Source of the DNA: Cryptobacterium sp. CAG:338
GTDB lineage: Bacteria > Actinomycetota > Coriobacteriia > Coriobacteriales > Eggerthellaceae
DNA length: 54,720 bases
Direction of reading: 5' to 3'
Assembly: GCA_000435475.1 (NCBI GenBank)
Contig: FR896039.1
Location: forward strand, 3,637-58,356
Positions 49,309 to 54,720 of this stretch are shown in pieces (the stretch's first letter is position 1; each line of letters opens with the position of its first letter). The notes beneath the pieces were generated by a model, which was not told the DNA's origin, did no database searches, and saw nothing but the letters and a program-made list of their open reading frames with translations. The translations under genes were made by a program, and so were the position numbers.

Positions 49309-50056
49309 TCATCCTGAATGGGCTTCTTCTCGTGATCCGCGTCATTTAGCTGATATTTACAACGAACGAACTAATTCATTAAAACCGGTTTCGAATTCTT
49401 TCAATGCGTTTTATCATTCCTTGCCTGAAAAGGTTAGGGAGAAAGTTTTAGTAAACCGAAGAATACAAAAAATTCATCAGCAATTTTCTCAAGTTGTTGA
49501 TCCTTATATTTTGGATCACACGAATTCAGTTTATCTACTTCGTCACAAGGATCCTTTAGGGCAATCTAATAAGAACGGCAAAGAAAAAAATACCTATTCA
49601 GATCAAAATTCAACTGATTCATCAAGTTCGACAACCGTTTCGAATAGCGGAATATATAACGCTGATAAGAAAGTGCTCGGCAATCCCAACAAGTCACTTT
49701 CTAATAAGCCGCCTTATGGAGTTCAAGAGATATTTGATCTTGTAGTGTATGTTGATAATTCATTGGTAGCGGCGGAGCTCAATGCTCGGAGAGAATTGAT
49801 TCGTCTAAAATATCGCGAGCAATTTAAAGTGGTAATCGATATATTTGAAATACGTATTTCTCGCGGTGTCTATAAAGATAAATATCCTTTTAGGGAACTG
49901 AGAGATCATAATAAGGAATACAGAACAGCTCACGCACTCACTCAAGAAGAATTAAATGAAATAGACGAACTTTTAAAAGATATTCCTGAGGGAAAATTGC
50001 GAGCGTCGTTTAAAAAAGCAATTAAGGCCCAAAAACAAAATAGTGATAAAAAATAA
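49301..50056 (+). CDS. DciA/DUF721-like protein with low-complexity insertion
   Basis: recF-gyrB position typical of actinobacterial dciA; LVVYVDNSLVAAEL...IRLKY...FEIRIS resembles the DUF721 core. Confidence 0.6.
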   Translation: MVDHPEWASSRDPRHLADIYNERTNSLKPVSNSFNAFYHSLPEKVREKVLVNRRIQKIHQQFSQVVDPYILDHTNSVYLLRHKDPLGQSNKNGKEKNTYSDQNSTDSSSSTTVSNSGIYNADKKVLGNPNKSLSNKPPYGVQEIFDLVVYVDNSLVAAELNARRELIRLKYREQFKVVIDIFEIRISRGVYKDKYPFRELRDHNKEYRTAHALTQEELNEIDELLKDIPEGKLRASFKKAIKAQKQNSDKK

Positions 50057-50130
50057 TAAAAAACATCACAGGAATGTGTTTTCTCCCGTCAGAAACGCTT
50101 AGAAACGCTGTAAACGCTAGAAATTTATAA

Positions 50131-52164
<2,034 letters not shown>

Positions 52165-52178
52165 AAAGGATTTATTTC

Positions 52179-54686
52179 GTGGCTGAAAAGAAAGATGAAG
52201 GAATGGATCTTACGGGATCTACTATCCTTCCTGCTGAACTCAGTAAGGAAATGAGAACTTCCTTTCTTGAGTATTCGATGAGTGTTATTGTCTCTCGTGC
52301 GCTTCCTGATGTACGAGATGGCTTAAAACCAGTTCATCGTCGTATTCTTTACGCGATGAATGAAAGTGGTATTACCCCTAAGCGCCCCCATGCGAAGTCT
52401 GCTCGTACTGTTGGTGACGTAATTGGTAAGTATCACCCTCATGGTGATAGTGCGGTATACGGCACTATGGTTCGTTTAGCGCAGCCATTCTCCATGCGCG
52501 TGACGTTAGTAGATGGTCACGGTAACTTTGGTTCTATCGACGGTGACTCGGCAGCTGCTATGCGTTATACCGAAGCACGTCTCGATAAACCTGCCATGGA
52601 GCTTTTGCGAGATCTCGACAAAGAGACGGTTGATTTCCAGCCTAACTATGACGAGAGTTTGCAGGAGCCTGTAGTTTTACCTGCTCGCTTTCCTAACCTT
52701 CTCGTAAATGGTTCTTCGGGTATTGCGGTAGGCATGGCAACCAATATCCCTCCCCATAACCTTGGTGAGGCAATTGATGCTACTTGCCTCATGTTGGATA
52801 ACCCTGATTGCACAGTTGATGACCTTTTAAAGGTAATGCCCGGTCCAGATTTCCCTACTGGTGGCATCATTATGGGTCGCAAGGGGATTCGTGAGGCCTA
52901 TGAAACAGGTCGTGGTAGTTTAACGATTCGTTCAACCTGCCGTATTGAAGAAGGGAAGAATGGAAAGAAATCCATCGTAGTTTCTGAAATTCCCTATCAG
53001 GTAAATCGTACCAAGCTTCTCGAAAAAATAGCTGACTTAATTAGGGATAAAAAACTTCCTGAAATTTCCAATGTTCATGACGGCGCCGATCGCCATGGTA
53101 TCGATATCATTATCGACCTGAAACAAAATGCGATTCCTCAGGTAGTACTCAATAAGCTCTATAAGCATACTCAGCTCCAAGTGGGCTTTGGATGCAATAT
53201 GGTTGCTTTGGTAAATGGCGTTCCTCGCACTCTTTCTCTGAAAGAAATGCTTCATTACTACATTCTCCATCAAGAGGAAGTAGTAGAGCGCCGTACTCGT
53301 TATGATCTCGCCAAGGCTGAAGCACGCGCTCATATTTTAGAGGGCTTTGTTATCGCACTTGATAATATTGATGAAGTAATCCGCATTATTCGTGCTTCAA
53401 AAACTGACGCTGAAGCTAAAACTTCCTTGATGGAATCGTTCTCGCTTTCCGAAAAGCAAAGCGAAGCAATTCTCGAAATGAAATTGCGCCGTTTAACTGG
53501 ATTGGAGCGCGAAAAGATTGAACAAGAATTAGCTGAACTTCGTGAAAAGATTGAGTACTTTAAACGTGTGCTTTCTGATAAAGAATTGCTTAAGCAAATT
53601 ATTAAAGATGAATTGCTTGAAATTAAAGAAAAATACAATTCAAAGCGTTTAACAAAAATCACCGATGAGGTAAAAGAGCTGGATGTGGAAGACCTTATTG
53701 CAGAAGAGGAAGTTGCGGTAACGGTTACTAAAGCTGGTTACGTTAAACGTCTTCCTGTAGCTACTTATCGCCAGCAGAAACGTGGCGGAAAAGGTATGCA
53801 GGGAGTGAACTTGAAAGAAAGTGACTTTGTTGAGCACCTCTTTATTTCCTCCACCCATGCCTACATGTTGTTCTTCTCTTCGTTCGGTAAGGTTTATCGT
53901 CTTAAAGCGTACGAAATCCCTGAAGCATCTCGTCATGCACGAGGCATCGCGATCGTAAACTTACTGCCTTTGGAAAAGGGAGAAACGATTGCTGCGGTTA
54001 TCGCAACGAAAGATTTCCCCGAAGATGAATACCTCATGTTTGCGACTGCTTCAGGTATGGTTAAGAAGACCTCTATGAAGCTCTATGATCGCACGCGCCG
54101 TGATGGCTTAATTGCTATTAACTTGAAAGAAAATGACAAGCTAATTTCCGTTAAGCGTGTGGCTGAAGGTGAAAAGGTTGTCATGGTTTCATCAGCGGGC
54201 AAAGCAATCATGTGGGATGAATCAGAAGTACGCGCTATGGGACGTGACACAATGGGTGTTCGCGGAATGACGGTTAATGCGGATGCACGTGTTCTTGGTA
54301 TGGAGATCGCCCACGAAGGTAGCGATTTGTTCGTTATTACTGAACTGGGGTATGGAAAGCGCACCCCAATTTCCGAGTATCCAGAACATCATCGAGGTGG
54401 TCAGGGTGTTTACACTATCACTATGACACCTAAGAAAGGCCTTCTGGCAGCAATGAAGATTGTGGATCCTGAAGATGAGATCATGATTATCACTGAAGAG
54501 GGTGTTGTGGTTCGTACCGCGGTATCGGGCGTTTCAGAACTTGGACGTTCTACTCAAGGTGTTCATGTAATGAATGTAGCGGATAAAGATAGAGTAACGG
54601 CTGTTGCAATTGCTACTTCGAATGATAAGAAGGCAAGTAAAACTCATGCATCGAAAGATCAGATGAATTTACTTGATCAGGAATAA
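52179..54686 (+). CDS. gyrA: DNA gyrase subunit A
   Basis: [29 protein letters not shown], GyrA-box QKRGGKG, beta-pinwheel repeats. Confidence 0.98.
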   Translation: MAEKKDEGMDLTGSTILPAELSKEMRTSFLEYSMSVIVSRALPDVRDGLKPVHRRILYAMNESGITPKRPHAKSARTVGDVIGKYHPHGDSAVYGTMVRLAQPFSMRVTLVDGHGNFGSIDGDSAAAMRYTEARLDKPAMELLRDLDKETVDFQPNYDESLQEPVVLPARFPNLLVNGSSGIAVGMATNIPPHNLGEAIDATCLMLDNPDCTVDDLLKVMPGPDFPTGGIIMGRKGIREAYETGRGSLTIRSTCRIEEGKNGKKSIVVSEIPYQVNRTKLLEKIADLIRDKKLPEISNVHDGADRHGIDIIIDLKQNAIPQVVLNKLYKHTQLQVGFGCNMVALVNGVPRTLSLKEMLHYYILHQEEVVERRTRYDLAKAEARAHILEGFVIALDNIDEVIRIIRASKTDAEAKTSLMESFSLSEKQSEAILEMKLRRLTGLEREKIEQELAELREKIEYFKRVLSDKELLKQIIKDELLEIKEKYNSKRLTKITDEVKELDVEDLIAEEEVAVTVTKAGYVKRLPVATYRQQKRGGKGMQGVNLKESDFVEHLFISSTHAYMLFFSSFGKVYRLKAYEIPEASRHARGIAIVNLLPLEKGETIAAVIATKDFPEDEYLMFATASGMVKKTSMKLYDRTRRDGLIAINLKENDKLISVKRVAEGEKVVMVSSAGKAIMWDESEVRAMGRDTMGVRGMTVNADARVLGMEIAHEGSDLFVITELGYGKRTPISEYPEHHRGGQGVYTITMTPKKGLLAAMKIVDPEDEIMIITEEGVVVRTAVSGVSELGRSTQGVHVMNVADKDRVTAVAIATSNDKKASKTHASKDQMNLLDQE

Positions 54687-54703
54687 ACGCTGATAAAACT
54701 ATA

Positions 54704-54719
54704 TGTTTCCCGTGAAACA
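54704..54719. promoter_or_regulatory. parS variant downstream of gyrA
   Basis: TGTTTCCCGTGAAACA, 15/16 match. Confidence 0.75.
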
Positions 54720-54720
54720 G

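Overview
This window is the replication-origin region of a Coriobacteriia-type (Eggerthellaceae-like) actinobacterial chromosome; the taxonomy is inferred from gene content and order. Left arm, mostly minus strand: LytS/LytTR two-component pair, TauE exporter, GT2 glycosyltransferase, trkH-OB-fold-rsgA cluster, dnaK-grpE-dnaJ-hspR-clpB with two HAIR-like operators, a 51-aa Cys4 protein missing from the ORF track, ferredoxin, a small-protein-nikR-hypE cluster, galE, a 198-bp palindromic MITE-like element, HAD hydrolase, phnX, tRNA-Gly(CCC), Zn-ADH, ldh, a very large M28 pseudo-peptidase, DnaQ-DinG, a HIRAN-like membrane protein, ddl and rlmN. Then parB-parA, a parS cluster, rsmG-jag-yidC-yidD-rnpA-rpmH, and on the plus strand dnaA-dnaN-recF-dciA-like-gyrB-gyrA. 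The best candidate for an undescribed system is a GHKL-ATPase/winged-HTH gene placed between rpmH and dnaA, preceded by DnaA boxes, a parS variant and a phased inverted repeat array; the likely unwinding element (two DnaA boxes plus DnaA-trios) lies between dnaA and dnaN. Other highlights: parS sites extended into long perfect palindromes, a ParA with a putative membrane-targeting N-terminus, and a D87G-equivalent GyrA substitution. All calls come from reading motifs by eye; no database searches were run.
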